A stretch of 64,000 nt of DNA, taken from NCBI GenBank assembly GCA_963749915.1, contig CAVVOP010000008.1, forward strand, positions 128,001 through 192,000, written 5' to 3'. Below, piece after piece: positions 62,853 to 64,000 of this stretch; position 1 is the stretch's first letter; each line of letters opens with the position of its first letter. A program made the position numbers and the translations under genes. Source of the DNA: an uncultured cyanobacterium. GTDB taxonomy: Bacteria; Cyanobacteriota; Cyanobacteriia; Cyanobacteriales; Cyanobacteriaceae. Under the pieces are notes generated by a model, which saw nothing but the letters and a program-made list of their open reading frames with translations, ran no database searches and was not told the origin of the DNA.

Positions 62853-64000
62853 TTAAATAGGAACTATTGTGACTTTGACTTTAACCCGTTCTTTAGTTTC
62901 TGGGAGAGTTACCGTTAATTTTTGGGGATCAAAGCTCTGGTAATCTTCTCCGTCAATGGTTACCGACTTAATTTTGATACTGTTAGGGGGCAAAATGTCA
63001 GGGGAAATTCTTAAAATATTATCAGGGAAGCCACCGGGGATTGGTTTAAAGTAAAAGTCCATCGGTTGTTTAGTCACCAACAAGTTAGTATAAACTGCCG
63101 CCAAATAACATAGTTCAAAGGAATGATAACCACTCATCGAGTGACTTCCTTTCCCTCTTTCGTTTCCACCTGCTAAGTAGGGTAGTCCATTGGCAAGGAC
63201 GTTAAAGTAAATACCGCCATCTTCCAAATCTAAGAACCAAGCGTTGTAAAAGGCGGCTGACTCTCTGGCTAAACTGTGATATTTCTTGTCATCCAACACT
63301 CCTGCCAGAATAAAATATGCTAGGATCATTTGTTCTTGTTGCCACCAAGGTTTGCGATCGTGCCAAACAAAACGATGGAATTTTTCCCCTTCAGCGACTA
63401 AACGCTCAACTACATCATAACAACCTCCTCTTTGGCGATCGCTACCATGTTCTGTCATTAAATCAGCAATTTTACAGGCTAATTCTTGATATTCAGTTTT
63501 AGCCTTGAGGCTATTCATCCGCATCAAGTTCCAAGCAATTTTATAGTTATGCCCAACCACCCCACGATTTTGTTGCCAGCCCCAAGTGGTATCATGGGAC
63601 CAATCTTCATAGAATTTTTCTTGGACAAAAGGACTGTTTTCATAATCAGGAAAATACTTAACAATAGTATCAAAAGTATATTCCAACATATCGGCGTATT
63701 CTTGTTTACCAGTAGCCAGCCAGAGATTAATTAGGTAAGCAGGAGCATGATCACCTACAGAGTTCCAGTTTTTTCTGCCTTTATTTTGTCCTAATGTTTC
63801 ACTACGAGGATCTAACATTACAGGATCTAAATGGGAGAAGTAACCACCATATTCACTTTTATCAAGGAAGAAATCATCAAACAACTTAATTGTTTTTTCC
63901 GTGTCCTCCATAATGCGAGGATCCCCATTACAACGATAAGTTTGAATTGGTCCGGCTAAAGCATAAATTTGTTCGTAGGCAGGAATCGCATCATAATCAT
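62853..64000 (-). CDS. AGE-family epimerase/isomerase (Slr1855-like), 5'-partial
   Basis: Frame is open to the window edge (DYDAIPAYEQIYALAGP...); NWNSVGDHAPAY, GHNYKIAWNL, WWQQEQ, KGSHSMSGYHSFEL. Confidence 0.88.
   Translation of the reverse strand, partial: DYDAIPAYEQIYALAGPIQTYRCNGDPRIMEDTEKTIKLFDDFFLDKSEYGGYFSHLDPVMLDPRSETLGQNKGRKNWNSVGDHAPAYLINLWLATGKQEYADMLEYTFDTIVKYFPDYENSPFVQEKFYEDWSHDTTWGWQQNRGVVGHNYKIAWNLMRMNSLKAKTEYQELACKIADLMTEHGSDRQRGGCYDVVERLVAEGEKFHRFVWHDRKPWWQQEQMILAYFILAGVLDDKKYHSLARESAAFYNAWFLDLEDGGIYFNVLANGLPYLAGGNERGKGSHSMSGYHSFELCYLAAVYTNLLVTKQPMDFYFKPIPGGFPDNILRISPDILPPNSIKIKSVTIDGEDYQSFDPQKLTVTLPETKERVKVKVTIVPI

Overview
AT-rich cyanobacterial chromosomal window with many HIP1 GCGATCGC sites and STRR heptamer repeats; a Cyanobacterium/Geminocystis-like unicellular strain is my inference. 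(1) 1-21.4 kb is an accessory, eroding region. It holds a CHAT/TpsB/COP23/DUF928-type surface-signalling cluster whose exported proteins carry tandem GGGSR peptide repeats, an SdrD-B/RTX adhesin, three IS elements (IS1634 relic, ISAzo13, IS630), three toxin-antitoxin loci (one dead), and GC-richer foreign sulfatase, maturase, porin and VWA genes broken by deletions and a MITE. (2) 21.4-50 kb is mostly core genes (pyrG, nadA with an NrtR-type box, ychF, flavodiiron protein, rpoZ, scpA, pdxA, glycosyltransferases). Two unusual items sit here: a CHAT-Macro-Gp157 fusion protein, and a ~470-nt ORF-free structured RNA candidate built from two copies of one motif behind an HLR1/RpaB-type promoter. 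(3) 50-64 kb has two hybrid histidine kinases (one a recent partial duplicate), a response regulator, a HisKA-REC-PP2C phosphatase and a GH13-CBM20 enzyme. These converge on an icfG-type partner-switching/glycogen-debranching cluster (RsbW-like kinase, two STAS proteins, glgX, AGE epimerase). All family calls come from motif recognition by eye; no database searches were run.
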